Below, piece by piece: positions 18,878-27,259 of a stretch of 43,572 nucleotides of DNA (position 1 is the first letter of the stretch; each line of letters starts with the position of its first letter). A model generated the notes under the pieces. It made no database searches. It saw only the letters and a program-made list of their open reading frames with translations, and was not told where the DNA came from. The stretch comes from a virus. Its lineage: Duplodnaviria > Caudoviricetes. Location: positions 1 to 43,572 of IMG/VR virus record IMGVR_UViG_3300048589_000157; one strand, given 5' to 3'. The position numbers and the translations under genes were made by a program.

Positions 18878-19980
18878 TGGGACTGCTCGACATCGACATG
18901 ACGACGCCCGAGGGGCAGGGGTTCAACTCGGCCCTGATGCAAGCGGCTGCGGCACTGCTGACTCCGCGCCATCGTGGCGGTGGCATGGGTGCGGCGTTCT
19001 CTGCGTTCCCGCAGGCGATCGAGCAGAGCAAGGCGCTCGCGCAACGCAATCGGTTGCTTGGGCTGCAAGAGCAGCAGATGGGCTTGCAGGGGCAAAAGCT
19101 CGGCTTTGAGATGGAGCAGTCCAAACTCTCCCAACAGCAGGCAGCGGAGAATCAGGCGCGGTTCAATGCGCTCGTGCGTGGCTTGCCACCCGATCAGCAA
19201 CCGATCGCCGAAGCCCTCGGGCGCGACTACTTCAAGGGGCTCGCTCCGCAGGCTCCGAAGGCGGCGGAACCGACTGCGCTCGCCAAATTGATCGCAGAAC
19301 GCGACAAACTGCCGGCCGATCATCCGTGGAGGACGCTGTACGACAAGTCGATCGAGAAAGCGACTTCGCACGCGCCGGCAGCGAACATGACGGTGCATAC
19401 CGGCACGCTCACGCCCGTCGAAGTCGGCGGACAACCGGCGTTTGCGATGGGCGCGAAAGACGGGACGGCGCAGATCATTCCGGGGCTGCAACCTGCGGGC
19501 TCTGCCGAGGCGGCAGCGAAGAAAGACCAGCGCAAGACGGCGGCGGTCAAGACGGCGAACATCATCATCGGCAAGGTGGATGACGCGCTCTCGAAAGTCG
19601 GTATGACGACGACAGGCATGGTCGGTGCTGCGCTCGGAAACATTCCCGGGAGTTCCGCATACGACCTTCGGCGCGCAGCGGAAACGATCAAGGCGAATCT
19701 CGGGTTCACGCAGTTGCAGGAAATGCGCGACCTGTCGCCTACGGGCGGCGCACTAGGTCAGGTGGCCGTGCAGGAATTGGCGATGCTGCAAGCCGCTGTG
19801 TCGAACCTTGACCCGAATCAAAGCGCGCCGGAACTCACGAAGAACCTCAAGGAAGTGCGCGCTCGGTACTCGAACGTGCTCAAGATTCTGGAGGGCGGCA
19901 ACGGCGTGCAGGATGATCCAGCGCCCTCTGGCACCGCCAAGCGTATGCGGTTTAACCCGGCGACCGGACAATTGGAATGA
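18877..19980 (+). CDS. DNA ejection protein (gp20-like)
   Basis: MGLLD start with GGAGG SD; IKANLGFTQLQEMRDLSPTGGALGQVAVQEL motif; RFNPATGQLE end. Confidence 0.7.
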   Translation: MGLLDIDMTTPEGQGFNSALMQAAAALLTPRHRGGGMGAAFSAFPQAIEQSKALAQRNRLLGLQEQQMGLQGQKLGFEMEQSKLSQQQAAENQARFNALVRGLPPDQQPIAEALGRDYFKGLAPQAPKAAEPTALAKLIAERDKLPADHPWRTLYDKSIEKATSHAPAANMTVHTGTLTPVEVGGQPAFAMGAKDGTAQIIPGLQPAGSAEAAAKKDQRKTAAVKTANIIIGKVDDALSKVGMTTTGMVGAALGNIPGSSAYDLRRAAETIKANLGFTQLQEMRDLSPTGGALGQVAVQELAMLQAAVSNLDPNQSAPELTKNLKEVRARYSNVLKILEGGNGVQDDPAPSGTAKRMRFNPATGQLE

Positions 19981-21611
19981 AGGAAATCGAACTGCCCGAC
20001 GGCACGATCGCCGAATTCCCGGATGGGATGGGCGACGATCAGATCGCGGCCGTATTGCGTCGGCAGTTCGGTGGGCCTGCGCAGCCGTCGTCGCTGATGG
20101 ATCGCGTCTTGCAGGCGGCAAAGCCGGAGATGGGCGTCTTTCGCGGGATGCGCGATCCGGTTGATGCTGGCGCTCAGATGCTTGTGCGTGGCGCGAACGC
20201 GATCGGTCTTGCGCCGGATTCGGAAGTTGCCCGCGTTGACCAGATCAACCGCGACGCCGAGCAGTCGTATCAGCAGGGGCGTAGTGACGGCCAAGGATTC
20301 GATGCTCTGCGCCTGATTGGCAACGTGCTCGCTACGTCGCCGATGTTCGCCGCCGCTCCGGTCGGTACTGGCCTAGCGGCAAAGACGGCCATCGGTGCCG
20401 CGACTGGCGCAGGTTTCGGTGCGATGCAACCCGTCGAGAATCCCGGCGATTCGTTCTGGCAGCAGAAGCTCGATCAGGCGAAATCCGGCGCGATTGCTGG
20501 CGGGGTTGCTGCGCCAATCACCGCAGGGCTCGCAAGGATCATCAGCCCGAAAACGTCGCCCGACGTACTGGCATTGCGCAAGGAAGGCGTTACGCCGACT
20601 CCGGGGCAAATCCTGGGCGGGACGTTCCGCTCTGCCGAGGAAAAGGCAAAGAGCATTCCGGTTGTCGGCGGCATGATCCGCAACGCCGAAGGGCGCGCTA
20701 CGGAGCAGTTGAACCGCGCCGCAGTGAATCGGGCCTTGTTCCCGATCAACAAGCGGTTGCCCGATGGCATGACTGGTCGAGAAGCAGTCGAGTTCGCGGA
20801 AACGGCGCTCGGCCAGTCGTATGACGACATACTCAATCGGGTCGGTGCGCCGAAGGTTGATAACCAGATGCTCGGCGAACTCGCCAATCTGCGCACGATC
20901 GTCGCCAACCAGCCGAAGGACTTTGCCGAACGGCTCGACCGGATCGTGACGAACGAAATCCTTGCGCGCACGGAAAACGGCCGGCTGACCGGAGAAGCGA
21001 TCAAGAAAGCCGAGGGCAATCTAGGATCGCTCGCAAGCGGCTTGATGCGCAATCAGGACGCGGATACGCAAGTGCTCGGGCGGGCCGTCATGGAGACGCA
21101 GCGGATTCTTCGCTCGTGGCTGGAACGCGCCGCGCCGAAGGATGTTTCTGCGCAACTGAAAGCGACAAACTCGGGATGGGCGAACTTCAAGCGAGTACAG
21201 CACGCCGCTGCCGGTCTGGGGGCTGGAGAGGGCGTTTTCTCTGCCGCGCAACTTCAAAGCGCAGTGAAGGCTCTGGATCGCTCGAAAGACAAGGGAGCAT
21301 TCGCACGAGGCGGCGCGCTGATGCAAGACTTGTCGGAGCCGGCGCGCAGCGTGATGATGCAGCCACTCGGAAACAGCGGCACGGCGGATCGACTGCTGCC
21401 GTTCGCACTCGGCGGGCTGGCCGCGAAATTTCCGCTTGCTACCGCAGCGGTAGCGGGTCCGCTGGCCGCTGCCTACACGGCACCTGGGCAGCGCGCGATG
21501 GCAGGACTACTTGCGAGCCGGCCAGCGTTTGCCGAACCACTTGCCCAGGGCGTGCGCCAAGCCGGGATTCCGATCCTCACGGGCGGGCTGTTCGGCTTGC
21601 TCGGGCAATGA
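19977..21611 (+). CDS. DNA ejection protein (gp16-like)
   Basis: IELPDGTIAEFPDGM N-terminus, Gly/Ala hydrophobic stretches, TPGQ and NSGTADR motifs. Confidence 0.7.
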   Translation: MKEIELPDGTIAEFPDGMGDDQIAAVLRRQFGGPAQPSSLMDRVLQAAKPEMGVFRGMRDPVDAGAQMLVRGANAIGLAPDSEVARVDQINRDAEQSYQQGRSDGQGFDALRLIGNVLATSPMFAAAPVGTGLAAKTAIGAATGAGFGAMQPVENPGDSFWQQKLDQAKSGAIAGGVAAPITAGLARIISPKTSPDVLALRKEGVTPTPGQILGGTFRSAEEKAKSIPVVGGMIRNAEGRATEQLNRAAVNRALFPINKRLPDGMTGREAVEFAETALGQSYDDILNRVGAPKVDNQMLGELANLRTIVANQPKDFAERLDRIVTNEILARTENGRLTGEAIKKAEGNLGSLASGLMRNQDADTQVLGRAVMETQRILRSWLERAAPKDVSAQLKATNSGWANFKRVQHAAAGLGAGEGVFSAAQLQSAVKALDRSKDKGAFARGGALMQDLSEPARSVMMQPLGNSGTADRLLPFALGGLAAKFPLATAAVAGPLAAAYTAPGQRAMAGLLASRPAFAEPLAQGVRQAGIPILTGGLFGLLGQ

Positions 21612-21692
21612 CTTGTCGCGTTTCCAGATGTACGGAATCGCTGCCACTAAGGCCGCGCCGATGACGATGCGCCAGAACTGATCCTCGCTCAC
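21507..21692 (-). CDS. Small antisense single-TM membrane protein
   Basis: GTG at 21692 with GGAGA SD; MSEDQFWRIVIGAALVAAIPYIWKR; overlaps the 3' end of the ejection gene. Confidence 0.5.
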   Translation of the reverse strand: MSEDQFWRIVIGAALVAAIPYIWKRDKSLPEQAEQPAREDRNPGLAHALGKWFGKRWPARK

Positions 21693-21702
21693 GCAATTCT
21701 CC

Positions 21703-21725
21703 AAACCGCCTCCGGGCGGTTTTTT
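21703..21725 (+). terminator. Rho-independent terminator
   Basis: AAACCGCC-tccg-GGCGGTTT with T run. Confidence 0.8.
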
Positions 21726-21744
21726 CGTTTCTAGAGGCTACCAA

Positions 21745-22509
21745 ATGCCCGTTCCGACCGCAATCACCGACCTGTCGACCTCGGCCGCTGGCAACTCGCC
21801 TGCCGGCTCGGATACGGTCTTTCCGAGCTTGGACGACTACATCCGGGCGTTGTCCGCGTTCATCGCGCAGAACTACGCCAGCATTGCCACGAAACAGGCG
21901 TCGCTTGGCTATACGCCAGTGAACAAGGCCGGCGACACGCTGACGGGCGTTCTCGCGGCTACGAAGGGCACTGCGGCGCTACCGGGTATCGCCTTTTCCG
22001 GCGACACGAACACCGGCATCCACTCGTCGGGGGCGGACACGCTCGATCTGGTGACTTCCGGGGCTATTCGGTGGCGTGTCGATTCGTCTGGCCGGCTGCG
22101 GTCTGTAGCTCGGACACATCCGATCTTCCGCGCGGTCACGTCGGCGAACATCACAACGACAGGCGATTTAACGACATACACATCCGAGACTGACGACGGA
22201 TCGGCGTTCAACGCAACGACAGGGGTTTTCACTGCTCCGGTTGCCGGGTGGTACGAATTCACCGCATATGTCGAATCCTTCCTGACGAGCGGAAGCGGCG
22301 AGACTGGATTCCGCCTGACTTCCGGTGGCTCGACGCTCGGTAACGTGACGATCTATCACGCAAATTCCTCGACCGCTCGCAAAGTGACGTTTTCCAGTGG
22401 TCCGGTGTACCTGAGTGCGTCGGCGACGGTCAAGGTCGAATGTGTGCTAGCGTCAGGGACATACACAACGATCATTTGCCGCGCGTTTTCCGGTCGCCTG
22501 ATCGGGTGA
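21745..22509 (+). CDS. Tail fibre with C-terminal C1q-like domain
   Basis: N-terminal anchor (NSPAGSD..LDDYIR), LGYTPVNKAGDT, PGIAFSGDTNTGI, FNATTGVFTAPVAGWYEF. Confidence 0.8.
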   Translation: MPVPTAITDLSTSAAGNSPAGSDTVFPSLDDYIRALSAFIAQNYASIATKQASLGYTPVNKAGDTLTGVLAATKGTAALPGIAFSGDTNTGIHSSGADTLDLVTSGAIRWRVDSSGRLRSVARTHPIFRAVTSANITTTGDLTTYTSETDDGSAFNATTGVFTAPVAGWYEFTAYVESFLTSGSGETGFRLTSGGSTLGNVTIYHANSSTARKVTFSSGPVYLSASATVKVECVLASGTYTTIICRAFSGRLIG

Positions 22510-22512
22510 ACC

Positions 22513-22875
22513 ATGACTCGCTTTGCATGGGCCGCGCTTGCGGCCTTTTTCATTTGTGCGCCGGCTCACGCAAGGGACTGGACGGCGGATGAAAAAGCCT
22601 GGGGCACTGCGGTACTGGCAACGCGGCTAGTCGATTGGGGTCAGACGCGCAACATCGCGCGCCATCCCGAGCGGTGGCGCGAGTTGAACCCGTTGCTGCC
22701 GGAGCATCCGACGTTGGGTGAGGTCAACCGGCATTTCCTCGTATCGACTGCGCTGATGTTCGCGGCTGCTCATTACCTGCCGCAGTACCGCAAGACGATG
22801 TTGCAGGTCTGGTTCGCCGTCGGTGTTGGCGTGACGGCGCGCAACGCCGCGATCGGTATTCGGATGGAGTTCTGA
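22513..22875 (+). CDS. Membrane/secreted protein (DUF5658-like)
   Basis: Signal peptide (APAHA), DWGQT...ELNPLL motif. Confidence 0.55.
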   Translation: MTRFAWAALAAFFICAPAHARDWTADEKAWGTAVLATRLVDWGQTRNIARHPERWRELNPLLPEHPTLGEVNRHFLVSTALMFAAAHYLPQYRKTMLQVWFAVGVGVTARNAAIGIRMEF

Positions 22876-23082
22876 ATGACGGAGTTCGACATGCGCGAGT
22901 TCGGCCGCTTGGAGGCCACCGTCGACGAGCAGGGCCGGCGCATCGACGCCATGAGCAAGAAGCTCGATCACCTGGTGTCGCTGGCCGACCGATCCAGCGG
23001 CGGGCTGTGGGTCGGAATGGGCCTCGTGTCACTGCTGTCGAGCGTCGTCGGTTGGTTCTCGCACAACGTGCTCGGGCGATGA
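22876..23082 (+). CDS. Holin-like (XhlA-type) protein
   Basis: FGRLEATV coiled coil + GGLW + C-terminal TM; upstream of endolysin. Confidence 0.6.
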   Translation: MTEFDMREFGRLEATVDEQGRRIDAMSKKLDHLVSLADRSSGGLWVGMGLVSLLSSVVGWFSHNVLGR

Positions 23083-23312
23083 CCGTCTCGCTGCGCGTCA
23101 AAGGCTGGCTCAAGCCCGACGCGATCGTGGAGGTGAGTGCGGAGTCTTACGCTGAGATGGTGCACGAGTGCCGCAGGGTCGCCGAACTGAACGAGCGGTT
23201 GACGGCGCACAGCGAGGCATTGCAAGCCTTGCTTCGTGCGATCAAGGATCACGGCACCAGCGGCGAGGACTTCGCCGATGCCTACCGGGTCGCAGTGGTG
23301 GCGGTGCAATGA
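23079..23312 (+). CDS. Hypothetical protein
   Basis: ATGA-coupled on both sides. Confidence 0.5.
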   Translation: MTVSLRVKGWLKPDAIVEVSAESYAEMVHECRRVAELNERLTAHSEALQALLRAIKDHGTSGEDFADAYRVAVVAVQ

Positions 23313-23851
23313 AGATCGCCATCGATCCGGGGCATGGCATGGGTTCGAGCACGCAAGGCGTGTTCGACCCTGGCGCGGTTGCCGGCGGCATCCGCGAAGC
23401 CGATATCAACCTCGCCGTCGGTCTGCTGTTGCGCGACGAGTGCATGCGGCGCGGCTGGTCGTCGGTGATGACGCGCGCCGACAACGAGTCGGCTGCGCAC
23501 CTGCGCTGGCGCGTCGCCCGGGCGCGCAATGCGGACGCCGACTGCCTCGTGTCGATCCACTGCAACGCGGCGCATACGACGCAGGCCAACGGCGTCGAGA
23601 CGCTCTATCTCGCCGCGCAGTGGGTCGCGCTGGCCGTGCAACGCAAGCTCGTCGCTGCCACGGGTTTCCGCGATCGCGGCATCAAGCAGCGTGACGGGCT
23701 GGCGATCCTGCGGTACGAACGCCCGGCGATCCTCGTCGAGCTTGGCTTCATCACCCACGGCATCGAGCGCCGCGCGCTGTGCGATCCGAAAGTGCAGCGC
23801 GCTGCGGCAGTCGCGATCGCCGACGGGCTCGCGGAGACGATACGACCATGA
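23309..23851 (+). CDS. Endolysin, N-acetylmuramoyl-L-alanine amidase (Amidase_3)
   Basis: IAIDPGHG, E..INL, VSIHCNA, PAILVELGFIT. Confidence 0.9.
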   Translation: MKIAIDPGHGMGSSTQGVFDPGAVAGGIREADINLAVGLLLRDECMRRGWSSVMTRADNESAAHLRWRVARARNADADCLVSIHCNAAHTTQANGVETLYLAAQWVALAVQRKLVAATGFRDRGIKQRDGLAILRYERPAILVELGFITHGIERRALCDPKVQRAAAVAIADGLAETIRP

Positions 23852-23913
23852 CCTTCCTCTTCGATCTCTTCGTCCAATTCGTGATCGGTATTTTCGTGCT
23901 GTTCGTACTCTGA
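23848..23913 (+). CDS. 21-aa hydrophobic peptide
   Basis: MTFLFDLFVQFVIGIFVLFVL; ATGA-coupled to the amidase. Confidence 0.4.
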   Translation: MTFLFDLFVQFVIGIFVLFVL

Positions 23914-23925
23914 CAGGAGGCATTC

Positions 23926-24096
23926 ATGCCCGCACTCGCTCCACTGATCGTCGCAATCCTCTCGATCCTCGGCATCCAGATTTCCGAGGATGTCGCCGCC
24001 GTCGTCGCGGAAAACCTCACGGCATCCGTCGTCGCACTGGCCGCGCTGATCGCCGCGCTGGCGAAGGCGATGCAAGCGTGGAAGGACCGGCAATGA
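23926..24096 (+). CDS. Two-TM holin-like protein (56 aa)
   Basis: AGGAGG SD; MPALAPLIVAILSILGIQI...SVVALAALIAALAKAMQAWKDRQ. Confidence 0.6.
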   Translation: MPALAPLIVAILSILGIQISEDVAAVVAENLTASVVALAALIAALAKAMQAWKDRQ

Positions 24097-24413
24097 TCCG
24101 CGCCATCATCCTCGCCCTGGCGATCCTCGTCGCCGGGTGCTCGACGCTCACCGCGCCGCAGAGCTTCGACCAGAGGGTCGCCTACGCCTACGGGTCGGTG
24201 ACGGCGACGCTGCACACGTGCGCCTCGCTGTACGAACGCCGCAGGATCACGACGGAGCAGGGGCAGAAGTGCTTGACGCTCACGGATCAAGCTGCCGCCG
24301 CGCTGGCACTGGCGCAGGGCACCGAGGACGCGCAGACCGCACAGGGGTTCCTCGCGGTCGCGCTCGGCTTTCTCACGCAGCTCGAAACCATGCTTGCGGA
24401 GGCGCAACGATGA
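24093..24413 (+). CDS. Lipoprotein, possible spanin component
   Basis: Lipobox LVAG-C after a hydrophobic signal; in lysis cassette. Confidence 0.7.
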   Translation: MIRAIILALAILVAGCSTLTAPQSFDQRVAYAYGSVTATLHTCASLYERRRITTEQGQKCLTLTDQAAAALALAQGTEDAQTAQGFLAVALGFLTQLETMLAEAQR

Positions 24414-24631
24414 GCACGAAACTTCTGGTCGCCGTGACCGCAGTCACCGACCTGCTGACCACGGCTGTCGCATTCTCGACGCAGGCCGAGCGCATCAGTC
24501 GCATGATTCAGGCCGCGCAGGCCGCCGGACGTGACGACCTGTCTCCCGAGGACTGGGCCGCGATCCACGCGCACCACGCCGCCGCGCGCGCAGCTCTGGC
24601 GCAGGCGCTGGCCGACGGGGCGACGCCATGA
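24410..24631 (+). CDS. Hypothetical lysis-cassette protein
   Basis: GGAGG SD, ATGA coupling, 73 aa. Confidence 0.6.
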   Translation: MSTKLLVAVTAVTDLLTTAVAFSTQAERISRMIQAAQAAGRDDLSPEDWAAIHAHHAAARAALAQALADGATP

Positions 24632-24969
24632 CGCTGCTGCTCATCATCCTCGCGGCCATCGCGGGCATCGCCGTCGGCGCGATCTACAGCGATCCGCTGC
24701 TCGCTCGGTACGACGATCTGCGCGAGTTCGTGCGCCGGCTGGAGTGAAACGCGGGATCGAGAAGCGTGCACACCGCACGCTGGCGCACGCAGCCGCAGCC
24801 GCGCGTCCCTGAGCCCTTGTTGGTACGCCACCGATAGCGCGGCCATGACGATGTGTGCGTCGGCGTTCGTCATGGCCATTTGCATCCGGCCGCCGCCTAC
24901 GTCGAACGTGAATTCGCACGAGTGGTCGTCCGGGTCTGTGCTACTGAGTATTGAGCAGACGGGTCTCAT
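24508..24969 (-). CDS. Hypothetical protein, 3' end probably disrupted
   Basis: TGATG-coupled start; ORF runs antisense through lysis genes beyond ~24750. Confidence 0.35.
   Translation of the reverse strand: MRPVCSILSSTDPDDHSCEFTFDVGGGRMQMAMTNADAHIVMAALSVAYQQGLRDARLRLRAPACGVHASRSRVSLQPAHELAQIVVPSEQRIAVDRADGDARDGREDDEQQRHGVAPSASACARAARAAAWCAWIAAQSSGDRSSRPAACAA
24628..24747 (+). CDS. 39-aa single-TM protein
   Basis: MTLLLIILAAIAGIAVGAIYSDPLLARYDDLREFVRRLE; ATGA coupling. Confidence 0.55.
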   Translation: MTLLLIILAAIAGIAVGAIYSDPLLARYDDLREFVRRLE

Positions 24970-25229
24970 CAGCCGCGCGCCTCCGCCTCCTGCGCCTGCA
25001 ATGGCTCCATGATCCAATCCGGGCACTCGTAGTGCGCGCTCATGCCGGCTTCTTTCGCTGTCGCCTCAATGTCGCAGGGGCACAGACACTCATCGTCATT
25101 CCACTCCCATCCGGCGTATTCGATGCCGTCTACTACGGGATCGACGCCGAGAGCATCGCGCAGCTCTTCCTTCCTGCTGGCAACCGTGACTGAGCCGTCA
25201 CGCCGACGAATCACAACCTCGACACACAT
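24969..25229 (-). CDS. Hypothetical protein
   Basis: 86 aa, GGAGG SD, CLCPCD motif. Confidence 0.6.
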   Translation of the reverse strand: MCVEVVIRRRDGSVTVASRKEELRDALGVDPVVDGIEYAGWEWNDDECLCPCDIEATAKEAGMSAHYECPDWIMEPLQAQEAEARG

Positions 25230-25504
25230 CACCGCGCCTCCGCGTCCTTCGCCGGGTCGATGGGCACAATCACCGTCTTGTGCGTCTTGGCGCAGCCCTC
25301 GCAGATCACGGCCCAATCACCGAGGTAGTCGAGCCGCAGGCCGTGCTTGTTGCACAGCTCGTCGTCGTCGTACTGAGGTTTGCCGGCGAAGCGGAACGGT
25401 TGCGTGTCGCGATACGGAGACGCCCCCGGCTCATAATTGAGGTTCGAGTCGTAGAACACTTTTTGGTCGCACACGTCGCAGAGTCGGTAGTCAGCCATTG
25501 CCAT
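25229..25504 (-). CDS. Zn-binding hypothetical protein
   Basis: CDVC...CEGC; AAGGAG SD. Confidence 0.65.
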   Translation of the reverse strand: MAMADYRLCDVCDQKVFYDSNLNYEPGASPYRDTQPFRFAGKPQYDDDELCNKHGLRLDYLGDWAVICEGCAKTHKTVIVPIDPAKDAEAR

Positions 25505-25899
25505 CACGTCTCCTTCGCCTGCGCCAGTGCGATCAACTCGCGCCCACGCTTCCAGATCGTCATACGCAGGCGGCCGCCTGCGTCCATCTTGCGAGCCTGC
25601 GTCCAAGTGATCGCCTGAGCGATCCGCCGGCAGTCCATTTCGCGGCACTGCTGCGGCTTGTCGTGCTGGATCGTGCATCCGTGCTCGCCCAGGTACACGC
25701 AGTCACCGTTCGGCTTGTGCGCGAGCATTCGGGCGCCGTGCATGTAATCGTGCGGCTCGGTCTGCCACTTCGAGGCGTCCTCGTGCGGGAGGATGCGTAC
25801 TGCGTCGTTGTGGCAGCACAGCGTGCAGCCGTTGCATGGGACGTCGTACAGGCCGAGGTCTTGCCGCACTCGGTCGATGGTTGCTGGCTGCATCGTCAT
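25504..25899 (-). CDS. YkgJ-family cysteine-cluster protein
   Basis: CNGCTLCC...CVYL...CTIQHDKPQQCREMDC. Confidence 0.8.
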   Translation of the reverse strand: MTMQPATIDRVRQDLGLYDVPCNGCTLCCHNDAVRILPHEDASKWQTEPHDYMHGARMLAHKPNGDCVYLGEHGCTIQHDKPQQCREMDCRRIAQAITWTQARKMDAGGRLRMTIWKRGRELIALAQAKET

Positions 25900-26087
25900 C
25901 CCCCGAAGTGCTTGCGGTGCAGCCGGTCCAGTGTCTCGACCTGCCGCTCGGTCAGTTGCGTGACGTGGCCGGCGTCGAGTTTCTCGGCGAGCGACTCGAC
26001 GAATCCCTGCTCCCAATCTGACAGGTCGCGCGTGCCGAGCATGCCGACGAGGCGGCGAATCATCGTTGCTGTGCTCACGATCTGCAT
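25896..26087 (-). CDS. Hypothetical protein
   Basis: LSDWEQGFVESL...LTERQ motif; AAGGAG SD. Confidence 0.65.
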   Translation of the reverse strand: MQIVSTATMIRRLVGMLGTRDLSDWEQGFVESLAEKLDAGHVTQLTERQVETLDRLHRKHFGG

Positions 26088-26742
26088 CACTTCTCCTTCG
26101 CTTGCGCCAGTGCGATCATCGCTGTGTCGATCGTAGAGCGCGGGGTTTCGCCAGTAGCCAGCTTTCGCCACTCACGATCATTCCTGCCGCCTGTGACCAA
26201 GTGCGCCTCCCACATGCCATCCTCGTCATATGGAACCGCGCTGACTTCGACTGCGGGATTGCACTGCCACCAGTCCAACCGCTCGGCGTCCTTGCGCAGC
26301 GCATCGCGCCGTCCTGACACGGGCACGATGGATTGTTGCCGATGCATGGCTCGCTCACCGGCTGGCGCTCGGGCAAGTCGCGGAACATTTCCGCGAAAGA
26401 AATACGCCGCAGCCGTGGGTCTTCAGTGCGCTGGCGCTGCGGTTGCGGCGCGGGGTGCGTGAAGAGCGGAGCAACGTCGCCGCCAGCCTTTCGCCATCTG
26501 ATCGCAGTCGGCTCGTCAGTCGTCGCTTGCGACGGCAGGCTATAGGCAAGTGCCATCCACGCAACCGGCTTCGCGTCCGCCATCCCTTCCAGCATCGTGA
26601 CGACGGTGCGGAGGTCGGCGGCGCATTCCGCGTGTCGCTCGCCTGTGCGATCCTCCTGCGCCGTGCGCGCGAGTCTTGCGCGTTCCTCATAGCTGCGCGC
26701 CATGCGCTCAACTCGCCCGGCGAGTGCCTTGTAGTCGGTCAT
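26087..26742 (-). pseudogene. Mosaic Ea/Nin-type accessory gene with an internal frame break near 26310
   Basis: 5' part (KPVAW, PLFTHP, PCIGNNPSCPCQDG) and 3' part (DALRKDAERLDW...IDTAM) lie in different frames. Confidence 0.5.
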
Positions 26743-26757
26743 CGTTTCCTCGGTTAG

Positions 26758-26868
26758 GGTCGCCCGGGCCGGCTGATTCCGGCAGTTCCCAGAGTTAGGC
26801 CGCTCCCCGAACAGCAGACGGGGCGCCGCAGCCTTATCGCCAAGCTCGGATGGCACGCGCGGGCGGTT
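26758..26868 (-). ncRNA. Candidate four-way-junction structured RNA
   Basis: Closing stem CGCCCG/CGGGCG enclosing three hairpins; intergenic. Confidence 0.4.
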
Positions 26869-26872
26869 GAAG

Positions 26873-27259
26873 TCATTGCACGATCACGCCTAGTTGCGTG
26901 GCCGCGTAGTGCATGACGCGCTCGACGTACTCGGAGAACGCGCCGACATCTAACGTCGTCGTACTGATGCCGGAACGATCGCCGCTCGGCAGTTCTTCGT
27001 AACCGATGAATTGGCGCTTGAAGTGCTCGTGCCACGCTTCGGCGCTGTACTGTTTGCCGTCCACCCAGGCGTTCGCCGAAACCTCGTTTAGCACTGCCCA
27101 ATAAAGCCGGTTCTGCGGGTTGCTGCGCCGCGCCTTGTGCTCGGCCACCATCACGCCAAGCGGCTTGCCGGCCTGCGCCATCGCGAGCCAGTTGGCCCGC
27201 AGGAAGGCGTAAAGCTGCCGGCAGTTGATCTCGTCCCTGAGCACGAACGTCCTCAACAT
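26873..27259 (-). CDS. ninB: NinB/Orf-family recombination protein
   Basis: RSNPQNRLYWA...EAWHEHFKRQF...STTTLDVGAFSEYVE. Confidence 0.8.
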   Translation of the reverse strand: MLRTFVLRDEINCRQLYAFLRANWLAMAQAGKPLGVMVAEHKARRSNPQNRLYWAVLNEVSANAWVDGKQYSAEAWHEHFKRQFIGYEELPSGDRSGISTTTLDVGAFSEYVERVMHYAATQLGVIVQ

